From Rhodospirillaceae bacterium (GTDB lineage: Bacteria > Pseudomonadota > Alphaproteobacteria > UBA7887), in contig PBWV01000042.1 in the NCBI GenBank assembly GCA_002728255.1, positions 4,602 through 68,601 of the forward strand: 64,000 bases of DNA. The letters are read 5' to 3'. Under the pieces are notes generated by a model. It searched no databases. It was not told where the DNA came from and saw only the letters and a list, made by a program, of their open reading frames with translations. A program made the position numbers and the translations under genes. Below are positions 28,708 to 38,344 of the stretch, in pieces. How positions within the stretch are numbered: position 1 is the stretch's first letter; each line of letters opens with the position of its first letter.

Positions 28708-29583
28708 TCAGTTCCCCAAAAAGAACTCCGATAGTTGTTCAATTATATCCCCTGGAGCCTCCTCGGGAATAAAATGTCCTGATTTAATCGCTCTACCTTG
28801 TACGTTAAGCGCTCGTTCCCTCCAGATAGCGATAACATCATATCTATTATGCATTGCGCCAAAGGCGCCCCATAAAGCGAGCACTGGACAGGAAATTTTT
28901 TTCGCCAAGTCGACCTTATCATGTACTAGATCGATGGAAGCACCTGCCCTATAATCCTCGCAAGTGGCATACAAAACACCGGGACGCTTAAAACATCTCA
29001 GATACTCGCCAAACGCCTCCTCGGTAATTGTATCCACTCCGTGACCCCAGGAACCGAACTGGGTACGCAAATAAAATTCTAGACTATTAGCTATCATTGT
29101 TTCGGGGACCGGGTGTCGTTGAATTAGGAAAAACCAATGCCAGTATTTTGTGGCTAAATCTTTATCAGCATCTTCAAAAATACGATATGTAGGCACAATA
29201 TCTAACACGCACAGCTTCAAAATTTTTTCTGGGTAATCTAAGGCCATTCGGTGGGCAACTCGTCCACCTCTGTCGTGACCGCAGACCATAAATTCAGAAT
29301 AGCCAAGAGCCTCCATCACTTCAGTCTGATCCCTAGCAGTGGCCCGTTTCGAATAGTTATAGTGCTGATCATCAGGCTGTGGAAGACCGCTATCTCCGTA
29401 ACCACGCAAATCAGGCATAACTAAGGTAAAACTCTCTGCTAAACTTGGCGCCACTTTGTGCCACATTACATGGCTCTGGGGGTATCCATGCATGAGGAGA
29501 AGTGGCGGCCCATTTCCACCAGTAACCAGATTTATCTCAGTCTCCGAAACCTTAATTTTTTGTTTAGCAAATCCTTCAAACAT
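28708..29583 (-). CDS. haloacetate (fluoroacetate) dehalogenase-like alpha/beta hydrolase
   Basis: Start moved to the internal Met (MFEGFAKQ...), which shortens the 389-aa ORF to 292 aa. The N-terminus MFEGF...GGNGPPLLLMHGYPQSHVMWHKVAP and the GHDRGGRVAHRMA block (Asp nucleophile plus two Arg) closely resemble DehH1/FAcD-type enzymes. YWHWFFL is a halide-pocket-like region. The 98 upstream codons do not look like coding sequence. Confidence 0.7.
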   Translation of the reverse strand: MFEGFAKQKIKVSETEINLVTGGNGPPLLLMHGYPQSHVMWHKVAPSLAESFTLVMPDLRGYGDSGLPQPDDQHYNYSKRATARDQTEVMEALGYSEFMVCGHDRGGRVAHRMALDYPEKILKLCVLDIVPTYRIFEDADKDLATKYWHWFFLIQRHPVPETMIANSLEFYLRTQFGSWGHGVDTITEEAFGEYLRCFKRPGVLYATCEDYRAGASIDLVHDKVDLAKKISCPVLALWGAFGAMHNRYDVIAIWRERALNVQGRAIKSGHFIPEEAPGDIIEQLSEFFLGN

Positions 29584-29665
29584 AGCTATATCCACCTTTT
29601 CATTGTTTTTCCTCAATGCTTTAAGCGATAATAAATACTGTAAATTTTTAACCGAAGGGTCTCCT

Positions 29666-30655
29666 ATGCATTTCTCAACCCAGGATTTGGAAGAAGCGGC
29701 TTCCTTAGTACATAAAGTTGTACCGCCCACCCCGCAACACTCTTGGCCACTCCTAGCACACCACACCGGTTGTGAAGTTTGGATTAAACATGAAAACCAT
29801 ACACCGACAGGTGCCTTCAAAGTCCGCGGTGGTGTAATATACATGGAGTCTCTTAAAACTGAAAATCCATCCTGCACAGGAGTAATTGCAGCTACTACAG
29901 GAAATCATGGACAGTCTATTGCAGTTGCTGCAACTAACGCAGGATTAAACAGCGTAATTGTTGTGCCACGTAATAATAGTTTAGCGAAGAATCGCGCTAT
30001 GACTGCCCAAGGGGCCAGACTGATAGTACACGGAGAGGACTTTCAAGAAGCATTTGAACATGCTGAAGAACTTTCAGAGAAATTATCATTGCATATGGTT
30101 CCATCCTTCCACTTAAATCTCATACAGGGAGTGGCATCTTATGGTCTCGAACTATTTCGTTCCATCAACGATCTCCACACAATTTATGTGCCAATTGGAC
30201 TTGGATCAGGAATTTGCGGAGTGATTGCCGCCAGAGAGGCCCTGGGGATCACCACCAGAATAGTAGGCGTTCAAGCAGAAGGAGCTCCCTCCTACGCGTT
30301 GTCCTTTGAGGCAAGAAGACCAGTTTCTACTAATGGCGCTAATACTTTTGCTGCTGGCCTAGCAACTCGTATTCCAATTCCTGAAGCAGTTGCTTTTATT
30401 AACCGCTATGCGGAACGAATCATTACTGTCAACGACACCCAAATATTGGAAGCTCAAGCACTCCTGATGCGAGATACCCATAACATAGCAGAACCCGCCG
30501 GAGCCGCTGCATACGCCGCTCTAATCAAAGAAAAACATAAAATGCTAAATAAAAAAGTCGGCGTTATCTTATCAGGCGGTAACGCTGAACCAGATAACTT
30601 ACTAAGAATACTTTCCTCAGCTGTATTTGAAGAAAATGGAGATTATAGTCAGTGA
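29666..30655 (+). CDS. PLP-dependent threonine/serine dehydratase family enzyme (fold-type II)
   Basis: Start moved to MHFSTQDL (ATG at 29666). PLP-lysine motif TGAFKVRGG and a glycine-rich loop GLGSGICG. 329 aa. Confidence 0.8.
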   Translation: MHFSTQDLEEAASLVHKVVPPTPQHSWPLLAHHTGCEVWIKHENHTPTGAFKVRGGVIYMESLKTENPSCTGVIAATTGNHGQSIAVAATNAGLNSVIVVPRNNSLAKNRAMTAQGARLIVHGEDFQEAFEHAEELSEKLSLHMVPSFHLNLIQGVASYGLELFRSINDLHTIYVPIGLGSGICGVIAAREALGITTRIVGVQAEGAPSYALSFEARRPVSTNGANTFAAGLATRIPIPEAVAFINRYAERIITVNDTQILEAQALLMRDTHNIAEPAGAAAYAALIKEKHKMLNKKVGVILSGGNAEPDNLLRILSSAVFEENGDYSQ

Positions 30656-30696
30656 ATATTTTAAGGTATGTAATAGCTCTCTTCAGGACTCATAAT

Positions 30697-31650
30697 ATGA
30701 ATTATAAATTTCTTAAAGTTTTTCTGGTTCTCACTATATTCTTCTTAGGCAGTAATGAATCGAAATCCGAACGCCTAACCTTTATGACTGGCCCTGCTGG
30801 AGGGACCTGGTATCCATTGGGAGGGGCTGTGAAGCAGCTTCTTGAGCAGGAAATTCCTGACTTGGAGATCACTGTACGTCCTGGAGCAGGCCTTATAAAT
30901 ATTAAAGGAATTTCAAAGAATAAAGCAGAGCTTGCCTGGGGAAACGTAATATCCACGGTGGACGCTCTTAGTGGCCGCCCTCCCTTCAACACCCCAGTCG
31001 AGAATCTTTGCAACCTAGCCGCATTTTACTATCAATACGCTCAAATTCCTGTGACAGACCCAGAGATATCCAGCATTGCAGACTTACGAGGAAAATCCAT
31101 TGGCACCCTTCCGAGAGGGAATACCACGGAAGTAGCAGCGCGCAGCATTCTTAGTCTTTACGACATCTTATACGAGAATCTCAAAAAAATTAATTTTGTT
31201 TCTATTACGGATCAAGTCAACATGATGAAGGATGGTCAGATTGATGCTGCCATCCTTATAACATCAGTTCCGGCTGCTGGTATTATAGATCTAACATCGT
31301 CCCGTAAAATTTCGCTCCTACCGATTAGTGATGAGAAATTCGGGATTTTAGAACGTAAGAACCCCGGATGGAGCCGGGCTGTTATCCCCGCCTCTACCTA
31401 TCCTGGACAAAATACAGATATACCCACAGCGCGCTTCCAAATGCACCTGATAGCAAGTTGTTCTGAGATATCCCAAATGACTGCCTACAAAATAGTTGAG
31501 GCTCTCGCCCGCAGAGGCAGCGAACTTAGCGCAGTCACCGCTATGCTAGAGGGATATGATATTAATATGATGTCAAAATATATTGGAGTACCCTTTCATC
31601 CTGGTGCAAAGTTATTTTATATGGAAAGTGGGATAACCTACTCCCACTGA
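30697..31650 (+). CDS. TAXI-family TRAP transporter solute-binding protein
   Basis: Start moved to MNYKFLKVFLVL (signal peptide). The GPAGGTWYPLGGA motif is typical of TAXI binding proteins. It is followed by the fused permease. Confidence 0.8.
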   Translation: MNYKFLKVFLVLTIFFLGSNESKSERLTFMTGPAGGTWYPLGGAVKQLLEQEIPDLEITVRPGAGLINIKGISKNKAELAWGNVISTVDALSGRPPFNTPVENLCNLAAFYYQYAQIPVTDPEISSIADLRGKSIGTLPRGNTTEVAARSILSLYDILYENLKKINFVSITDQVNMMKDGQIDAAILITSVPAAGIIDLTSSRKISLLPISDEKFGILERKNPGWSRAVIPASTYPGQNTDIPTARFQMHLIASCSEISQMTAYKIVEALARRGSELSAVTAMLEGYDINMMSKYIGVPFHPGAKLFYMESGITYSH

Positions 31651-31666
31651 TGCACCTTCCACAAAA

Positions 31667-33526
31667 GTGTCGCACATGAAAATGAGTTATCTAGTCAACC
31701 GAGCAGTATCAGCTATTGCGTTATCGATGGCCGCCTACCATTTATACGTCGTGATTTTTGGAGTGCCATCAGTATTTTTCTTTCGTGGCACTCACCTTTT
31801 ATTCTCTCTAGTTTTAATTTTTTTAATACATCCTTTTGGAAAAAGCCAATCTAGAACAACCGCCATAAGAGCATTGGATGCAATATTCATATTATGCTCT
31901 GTTGCATGCCTTGCACACATTTTTATAAACCATGACTATATTTTAAGTCGCTTTGCGTATGTCGATGACCTATCTGCTCTGGATTTGACATTAGGAACGG
32001 GGCTAATTTTCCTCACATTGGAGGCAACTAGAAGGGTGATTGGACTTGCCCTGCCGCTAACGGCAACTATCTTCGTAGGATATGCATTAATCGTCGATCA
32101 AATCGGCGTTGAGCAACTAATAGATCAGATGTACCTAACTACGGAGGGAATTTTTGGGATTCCCTTAAACGTTTCAGCAACTTATATGGTCTTATTTATA
32201 TTGTTTGGGGCACTTGTGGAACGCTCAGGAACAGGGAAACTTTTCCGAGACTTTTCTCTAGCTTTAGCGGGCTCATCGGCTGGGGGCCCAGCAAAAGTAG
32301 CGTGTGTCACAAGTGCAATGTTTGGAACTGTATCCGGCAGTTCAACGGCTAATGTCATGACAACCGGAACATTCACTATCCCGCTCATGAAAAAAATTGG
32401 ATATCGTCCTGCTTTTTCTGGGGCAGTTGAGGCTGTAGCCTCAACTGGAGGTCAAATACTTCCGCCGATAATGGGGGCTGCTGCGTTCGTAATGGCTGAG
32501 ATGATGGCTGTAAGTTACATGACAGTCATCTCCATGGCGATTGTACCAGCTCTACTATATTTCATTGCAGTATTTCTAGCCGTTCATTTTGAGGCAAAAC
32601 GCACGGGTTTGAGGGGGATTCCCAAGCCAGATCTTCCGAGACTAAACAACGTTCTTAAAACACGTGGGCATCAATTTCTGCCTTTACTAATAATTGTTGG
32701 TGTCTTACTTGCTGGCTTCAGCCCGCCCTATGCCGCTTTATGTGGATTGGCATCGGTGCTTCCGGTAGCTCTACTTGGTAAAACTACCAGAAGGGAAATT
32801 TCATGGAAAACTTTCACAGATGCAATGGTCGTAGGAATACGCAATACTCTTGTTGTCAGCAGCGCATGTGCTAGTGCAGGAATCGTTATCGGTGTCATAT
32901 CACAAACTGGTATTGGAATCGAATTTACCCAATTAGTTGCTGGGGGCTTCAGTGAAAATTACCTTATCTTGGCCCTCATTCTGACGGCTGTTGCAGGCAT
33001 CTTGTTGGGGATGGGCTTACCGACAACCCCTGCGTACATCGTGCAAGCTGCTTTACTAGCACCGGCCTTGATTAACCTAGGGATACCCCGTGAATCAGCC
33101 CATTTATTTGTTTTCTACTTTGCCATACTCTCTGTGATTACTCCGCCCGTCGCAATTTCACTATATGCTGCTAATGGTCTCTCGGGGGCAGGTCTATGGG
33201 CATCCGGATTGGCGGCAGTAAAATTGGCAGCAACCGGCTACATCATACCATTCATGTTTGTCTTTGCTCCCTCGCTCTTATTAATTGGTACTTGGGATGA
33301 TATTCTTTGGTCGGTGGGCACCGCATTAATTGGGGTCATCTGCCTAGCTGCCTCATTGCACGGTTACCTGCTAAGGAATCTCAATTTCTGGTCTAGAGTT
33401 ATACTATTTGTGGGTGCTCTTGGACTTCTTAGTCCTGGGTTAGTGAATGATGGAATAGGACTGGCTTGCTTATTACTCATTGTTGGACAGCAAACTATCC
33501 ATAACCCAAAGAAAAATCTCCCATGA
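31667..33526 (+). CDS. TRAP transporter fused permease (TAXI-type DctQ-DctM fusion)
   Basis: 619 aa, hydrophobic over its whole length with many TM helices. Its size and its position after a TAXI binding protein are characteristic. Confidence 0.85.
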   Translation: MSHMKMSYLVNRAVSAIALSMAAYHLYVVIFGVPSVFFFRGTHLLFSLVLIFLIHPFGKSQSRTTAIRALDAIFILCSVACLAHIFINHDYILSRFAYVDDLSALDLTLGTGLIFLTLEATRRVIGLALPLTATIFVGYALIVDQIGVEQLIDQMYLTTEGIFGIPLNVSATYMVLFILFGALVERSGTGKLFRDFSLALAGSSAGGPAKVACVTSAMFGTVSGSSTANVMTTGTFTIPLMKKIGYRPAFSGAVEAVASTGGQILPPIMGAAAFVMAEMMAVSYMTVISMAIVPALLYFIAVFLAVHFEAKRTGLRGIPKPDLPRLNNVLKTRGHQFLPLLIIVGVLLAGFSPPYAALCGLASVLPVALLGKTTRREISWKTFTDAMVVGIRNTLVVSSACASAGIVIGVISQTGIGIEFTQLVAGGFSENYLILALILTAVAGILLGMGLPTTPAYIVQAALLAPALINLGIPRESAHLFVFYFAILSVITPPVAISLYAANGLSGAGLWASGLAAVKLAATGYIIPFMFVFAPSLLLIGTWDDILWSVGTALIGVICLAASLHGYLLRNLNFWSRVILFVGALGLLSPGLVNDGIGLACLLLIVGQQTIHNPKKNLP

Positions 33527-33549
33527 CTGTGACTTCGTTTTAATTACCA

Positions 33550-34293
33550 ATGAGCCCACCAAAAATTATACATAGACCATCTCCCAACTTCGACCTCAGA
33601 GCGAAGGGTCAACGGCCTAAGATGCTTGTTCTTCATTACACAGGTATGGAAAGTAATGCAAAAGCTATTAGCCGGCTTTGCGATGCGAGATCTTTTGTCA
33701 GTGCGCACTACGTTATTGAGGAAAATGGGACATGCTCCCAACTCGTGCATGAGGCTTATCGCGCTTGGCATGCTGGCGAGAGTAATTGGGCTGGAAACGA
33801 AGATATCAATAGTTCCTCTATAGGCATTGAACTTTGCAATCCTGGTCATGATTGGGGATATAGAAAATTCCCGGAGCAACAGATGAAAACCTTAATTAGT
33901 CTGTGTAGAGATATCATAGCACGGAATTCTATTTCCTCCCATCTTGTGCTCGGTCACTCAGACGTAGCACCACACAGAAAAACGGATCCTGGGGAACTTT
34001 TCAATTGGCGACGCCTTGCTGAAGAAGGAATCGGAGTGTGGCCCAACAAATCTATCTTGTTTGATAAAAAAATATGGCCTGAAACAATTCAACTTAGTGC
34101 ATCAGATATCCGGAGGATTCAGGAAAAACTAGATAGGTTTGGCTACAAAATAAGAGCTACGGGCGCACACGATCACGAAACAGTGGCTGTGACTAAGGCG
34201 TTCCAGCGACACTTTCGAACAAATAAAATCGATGGGAAACTAGACAAGGAGATTGAAATCATTCTAGATAACTTGCTACTGCAAATAATTTAG
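33550..34293 (+). CDS. N-acetylmuramoyl-L-alanine amidase (AmpD/AmiD-like amidase_2) with C-terminal peptidoglycan-binding domain
   Basis: 247 aa. The HYTGMES...AHYVI...WHAG...LGHSDVAP block carries the zinc ligands of amidase_2. The C-terminal DIRRIQEKLDRFGY...DG.D..T..AV region is PG_binding_1-like. Confidence 0.8.
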   Translation: MSPPKIIHRPSPNFDLRAKGQRPKMLVLHYTGMESNAKAISRLCDARSFVSAHYVIEENGTCSQLVHEAYRAWHAGESNWAGNEDINSSSIGIELCNPGHDWGYRKFPEQQMKTLISLCRDIIARNSISSHLVLGHSDVAPHRKTDPGELFNWRRLAEEGIGVWPNKSILFDKKIWPETIQLSASDIRRIQEKLDRFGYKIRATGAHDHETVAVTKAFQRHFRTNKIDGKLDKEIEIILDNLLLQII

Positions 34294-34444
34294 TCTGAGA
34301 TCGTCTCATAGATGCTTGCCCTAGGCCCCAGAAGCGCGCTAAATGTTAGGGTTGGCTACGATCAAGGTCAGAGCCAGCATCCTAAATTATTTTTTCAGAG
34401 AGTCGAATGATGCGTGGTACTGCTAATCCGGGAGAGAGGTACAG

Positions 34445-35545
34445 ATGAAAGGATCCACTGTTATAGTTGGTGTAATTGGCCTTATTGCAGGCTTAATTAT
34501 AGGAAATTTTCTCCTAAACCCAGGTGAAGATATTACCAACAACAAAGTTAATATAACTCCGACCGAACGGGCCGCGGAGCCCATACGCTGGAAAATGGCA
34601 AGTAGCTTTTCTAGTGAGATGGTCCAATTGGGAAGCCAAGGAAAAATGTTGGAAGAAAGGCTCCTAGTCCTCTCCGGTGGAACCATGGAACTAAAATTCT
34701 TTGAGCCAAATGCACTAGTACCAGCCCTGGAAATATTTGATGCTGTCTCGACGGGAGCGGTAGATGCTGGATGGTCCGTTAGTGGCTACTGGGCAGGAAA
34801 AGTGCCCGCTCTACAATTTTTTACAGCTGTCCCGTTTGGCCCAAATGCTGGTGAAGGTATTGCCTGGATGTACCATGGTGGCGGCCTAGAACTAATGCAA
34901 GAGATTTACGCCAGACATAACATATATTCCCAACCCTGTAATCTTATATCTCCGGAAGGCTCAGGGTGGTTCACAAAAGAAATTAAAACAGTAGATGACT
35001 TAAAGGGCCTTAAAATGAGATTTTTTGGTCTTGGCGCCAAAGTGATGGAAAAATTCGGTGTATCGACGCAATTAATAGCGGGAGGAGATATCTTTCCTGC
35101 TCTAGAGTTAGGAACTATTGACGCCACAGAATTTTCTATGCCTGCCATTGATTTAGACCTCGGATTTCACCAAGTGGCCAAGCAGTATTACTTCCCAGGA
35201 TGGCATCAGCCAATTAGTATGGGAGAGTTAATGATCAACTTGGAAAAGTGGAATGGTCTAAGCGCTCAACAACAAGAACTAATCAATGCTGCCTGCAAAG
35301 AAAGTATGCTCCGGGGCTTAGCTGAAGGAGAGGCTCTACAATATCCAGCACTTCAAGAGTTAGAGGCAAAGGGCGTAACTTTTCATAGATGGTCCCCTGA
35401 AATACTCGAAGCCCTGGAAGCTGCATGGCTTGAAGTAGTAGATGAGGAAGCTGCGACTGACGAGGATTTCAAACGCGTTTGGAATTCTCTGCAAAAATTT
35501 CGAGCAGATTGGAAAATATGGGGTGATCTTGGATATCTGGACTGA
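34445..35545 (+). CDS. DctP-type TRAP transporter solute-binding protein (COG4663-like), orphan
   Basis: 366 aa with an N-terminal hydrophobic anchor or signal. IRWKMASSF...GYWAGKVPALQFFTAVPFG matches the DctP-family pattern. No DctQ/M genes are adjacent. Confidence 0.65.
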   Translation: MKGSTVIVGVIGLIAGLIIGNFLLNPGEDITNNKVNITPTERAAEPIRWKMASSFSSEMVQLGSQGKMLEERLLVLSGGTMELKFFEPNALVPALEIFDAVSTGAVDAGWSVSGYWAGKVPALQFFTAVPFGPNAGEGIAWMYHGGGLELMQEIYARHNIYSQPCNLISPEGSGWFTKEIKTVDDLKGLKMRFFGLGAKVMEKFGVSTQLIAGGDIFPALELGTIDATEFSMPAIDLDLGFHQVAKQYYFPGWHQPISMGELMINLEKWNGLSAQQQELINAACKESMLRGLAEGEALQYPALQELEAKGVTFHRWSPEILEALEAAWLEVVDEEAATDEDFKRVWNSLQKFRADWKIWGDLGYLD

Positions 35546-35568
35546 GTAAAATCAAAAATATTTGTAAA

Positions 35569-35600
35569 CGGCCCGACGTAAATGTCGGGCCTCCTTATTT
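35569..35600. terminator. bidirectional rho-independent terminator
   Basis: GGCCCGAC-gtaaat-GTCGGGCC is an 8-bp GC-rich stem, with T-runs on both strands. It sits in the 64-bp gap between the convergent DctP-like and EamA genes. Confidence 0.6.
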
Positions 35601-35609
35601 ACATCGTCC

Positions 35610-36467
35610 CTATTTTCTATCTATATTTTTACTTGAGGAAGGGAGCGTAACATTTGCAGGAATGGACCTGACGTTCCAATAATTCCCTAAAACAATAAGT
35701 GATACTCCAGCCAGAAGCCAAGAATCTATATTCTCCGAATACAGAAGATAACCTAACACCATAATTATAGGTAATCGTAAGAAATCAATTGGGATTACCA
35801 AAGAGGCCTCACTCCGACTTAATGCTTCAGCCATGCAAAAGTGTGCGCTTAATCCAAAAGCTCCTACAAAGAGTACCCATATCCATAGAGTAAAGCTGGG
35901 AGCACCCCAATTCAGTAGGATACCAATGAAGGATAAGAGCAATTGCACGTACGTCATATAAAACATAATGCACAAAGGCGTATCAGTTCGGGCCAAACTT
36001 TTAACCATCACATAAGTAATTGCATAAAGTCCGGCACTTCCCAATACTACTATAGAGGCCGTATCTATGACATCGACCCCGGGGCGCAAGATTAATAATA
36101 CGCCAACAAACCCGAATCCTACACTCGCTACCCGCCGGAATGAAAACTTTTCACTTAAAAAAACCGACGCCAAAATAAGTGTCCAAATCGGGGTAGTAAA
36201 TTCTAGCGCAAACACCTCTGCCAAAGGAATCATCGTAATCCCAAATAGCCAACCATATTGAGCTAAACAGTGCAAAGCACCTCTGGAAATCTGCATCTTA
36301 TAGCGCGATGACTTGACCTGTGACCAACCATAATATGATAAGAGGATAGGCATCAACAATGCCCCAACAAAACTTCTCCAAAATAAAATTTGTAAAGCCG
36401 TTAATTCGACAGAGAGTTCCCGTGCAGCTATAGCCATACCCACGAATGACAAAACAGCGCCCAACAT
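35610..36467 (-). CDS. EamA/DMT-family transporter
   Basis: 285 aa with ten predicted TM helices in two EamA-like repeats. Confidence 0.8.
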   Translation of the reverse strand: MLGAVLSFVGMAIAARELSVELTALQILFWRSFVGALLMPILLSYYGWSQVKSSRYKMQISRGALHCLAQYGWLFGITMIPLAEVFALEFTTPIWTLILASVFLSEKFSFRRVASVGFGFVGVLLILRPGVDVIDTASIVVLGSAGLYAITYVMVKSLARTDTPLCIMFYMTYVQLLLSFIGILLNWGAPSFTLWIWVLFVGAFGLSAHFCMAEALSRSEASLVIPIDFLRLPIIMVLGYLLYSENIDSWLLAGVSLIVLGNYWNVRSIPANVTLPSSSKNIDRK

Positions 36468-36505
36468 CCAACAAACGCCTGGGGGAATTCTGAAACGCTT
36501 TTTGA

Positions 36506-37522
36506 CTATAGCTGGCCTCCAATATCAATAACAATCTTCCCGAAATGTTGCTTTGTACGCATCATACGATAAGCTTTTTTAGCCTCTTCGAAAGGAAAAA
36601 TGTGATGGACCACTGGATGGAGTTTATTTGCCTGTATGGCTCTATTCATCCGCTCAAACATCGCTCGACTTCCTACATATATTCCATACAAATTAAGAGA
36701 TTTTCTCATTAAGAAAGTAGGATTTACCTGGCCATCAGCCAAGATACCAATCAAATATATACTACCCCCAATCTTCGTAGATTGGATAGATTGAGTTAAG
36801 GTTCCAGCACCTCCAACTTCTACCACATGATCTACTCCTGCCCCACTAGTCAAGGCCAAAACTTCATCGTGCCAGTCTGGATTATCAAGATAATTAATTG
36901 TCTTCCACGCACCTAATGCCTTCGCTTTTTCCAACTTTTCATCGTTACTGGAAGTAATAATAGGAAGTGCACCATGCATTACGGCAAACTGAAGAGCAAA
37001 AAGTGAAACTCCACCGGTTCCCAGCAACAACACCGTATCCCCGGCAATAACACGACCCCTTTCAACCAAGGCGTGCCAAGCTGTTAGAGCGGCACATGGG
37101 AGAGTAGCTGCCTCTATATACGATAGGGATCCAGGAATTTTAATGATACCCTCCTTCTTAAATATTCCCGTCTCCCTAAGAACTCCTTCTGCAGCACCCC
37201 CTAGTGCACTATTCATAGCCGAAGAGGTAATTGGTCCATCTAGCCAATCCTGAAAAAAACAAGTCATTACCCGATCACCAACAGCAAAATCTTCAACATC
37301 TCTTCCCACGGCCACTACTTCCCCCGCACCATCAGAATTTGGGATAAATGGGTGAACCAAGCCCCTCGCCTCCGGTTTCTCAACTGTCACAAGGTCCCTA
37401 TAGTTAACTGAGGATGCTCGCAACCTAACCCTGACATCACTCGGACCTAGATTGCCACATTCAATATCGGAAACTTGAAGGGAGTCGATGCCCTTGTTAC
37501 TTGTTACCTGATAAGCCTTCAA
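36506..37522 (-). CDS. zinc-binding alcohol dehydrogenase / quinone oxidoreductase (MDR superfamily)
   Basis: 338 aa with the NAD(P)-binding motif LLLGTGGVSLFALQ and a GroES-like N-terminal domain. Confidence 0.85.
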   Translation of the reverse strand: MKAYQVTSNKGIDSLQVSDIECGNLGPSDVRVRLRASSVNYRDLVTVEKPEARGLVHPFIPNSDGAGEVVAVGRDVEDFAVGDRVMTCFFQDWLDGPITSSAMNSALGGAAEGVLRETGIFKKEGIIKIPGSLSYIEAATLPCAALTAWHALVERGRVIAGDTVLLLGTGGVSLFALQFAVMHGALPIITSSNDEKLEKAKALGAWKTINYLDNPDWHDEVLALTSGAGVDHVVEVGGAGTLTQSIQSTKIGGSIYLIGILADGQVNPTFLMRKSLNLYGIYVGSRAMFERMNRAIQANKLHPVVHHIFPFEEAKKAYRMMRTKQHFGKIVIDIGGQL

Positions 37523-37655
37523 TGTAACCTCCTAGTTTTGTTCAACTGAAATTCTCTAACTTGGATATCTCTAATTTTAAAATGGTTTTTGACATATTTT
37601 ATAGATGTTTATTTATATTAGTTGATAGATCAGTATAATTGAATGGCAGTTCAGT

Positions 37656-38300
37656 ATGTGTGGAAGATATAGCCTGACCTCGAATACGGAAGCTTTGGCT
37701 GCGCATTTTGAACTCCAAACAACCTACACACTGAAACCACGTTATAATATTTCGCCCTCACAAAATTGCCCCATCATTACGCAAAATAAAGATAATGCCA
37801 GACAACTTCAAAATATGAGGTGGGGACTTGTACCACATTGGTCTAAGAGCTTAGACCCAAAATTCACATTGTTTAACGCGCGGAGTGAAACAATTGATAG
37901 CAAACCTTCCTTTAAGTACTCCTTCCGACATCGACATTGTCTAGTACCAGCAAACGGATATTATGAGTGGACTACTGACCCTTCCGGTAAAACTGCCCAC
38001 AGAATCACTATTAAAAATGAACCCATCTTTGCGTTTGCCGGTCTGTGGGATATCTGGCAAGAGCAAAACCACACAATATATTCCTTTACTATTGTAACAA
38101 TCCCTGCCTGCTCCCAACTGGAGACCCTTCATCATCGAATGCCTGCCATAATTAAACCCAAATACTACTCTGCATGGTTGGCAAATAAGGAAAATGGCCT
38201 ATCCGAAGAGAATGATTCTGTTTTTACTACAACCAAACTGGGAACTAGGGTCAATGATCCACGAAACGATGGACCCGACCTGTGGTTGCCGCAATCCTGA
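37656..38300 (+). CDS. SOS response-associated peptidase (SRAP/YedK, DUF159); abasic-site processing protein
   Basis: 214 aa with the invariant N-terminus MCGRYSL (catalytic Cys2) and the motifs ARSET and PANGYYEW. Confidence 0.85.
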   Translation: MCGRYSLTSNTEALAAHFELQTTYTLKPRYNISPSQNCPIITQNKDNARQLQNMRWGLVPHWSKSLDPKFTLFNARSETIDSKPSFKYSFRHRHCLVPANGYYEWTTDPSGKTAHRITIKNEPIFAFAGLWDIWQEQNHTIYSFTIVTIPACSQLETLHHRMPAIIKPKYYSAWLANKENGLSEENDSVFTTTKLGTRVNDPRNDGPDLWLPQS

Positions 38301-38344
38301 TCCCAATCCACTTATAAGGGTGCAACAACAAGAAAGAACTAAAA

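Noticed and set aside
29584-29877. 98-codon N-terminal extension of the dehalogenase-like ORF
   Set aside because: The extension (MQDGFSVLRDSMYITPP...CCGVGG...) has no similarity to the family. The homologous N-terminus MFEGF begins exactly at the internal Met. The extension also overlaps the divergent start of the PLP-enzyme gene, so it is better explained as promoter/5' UTR sequence.
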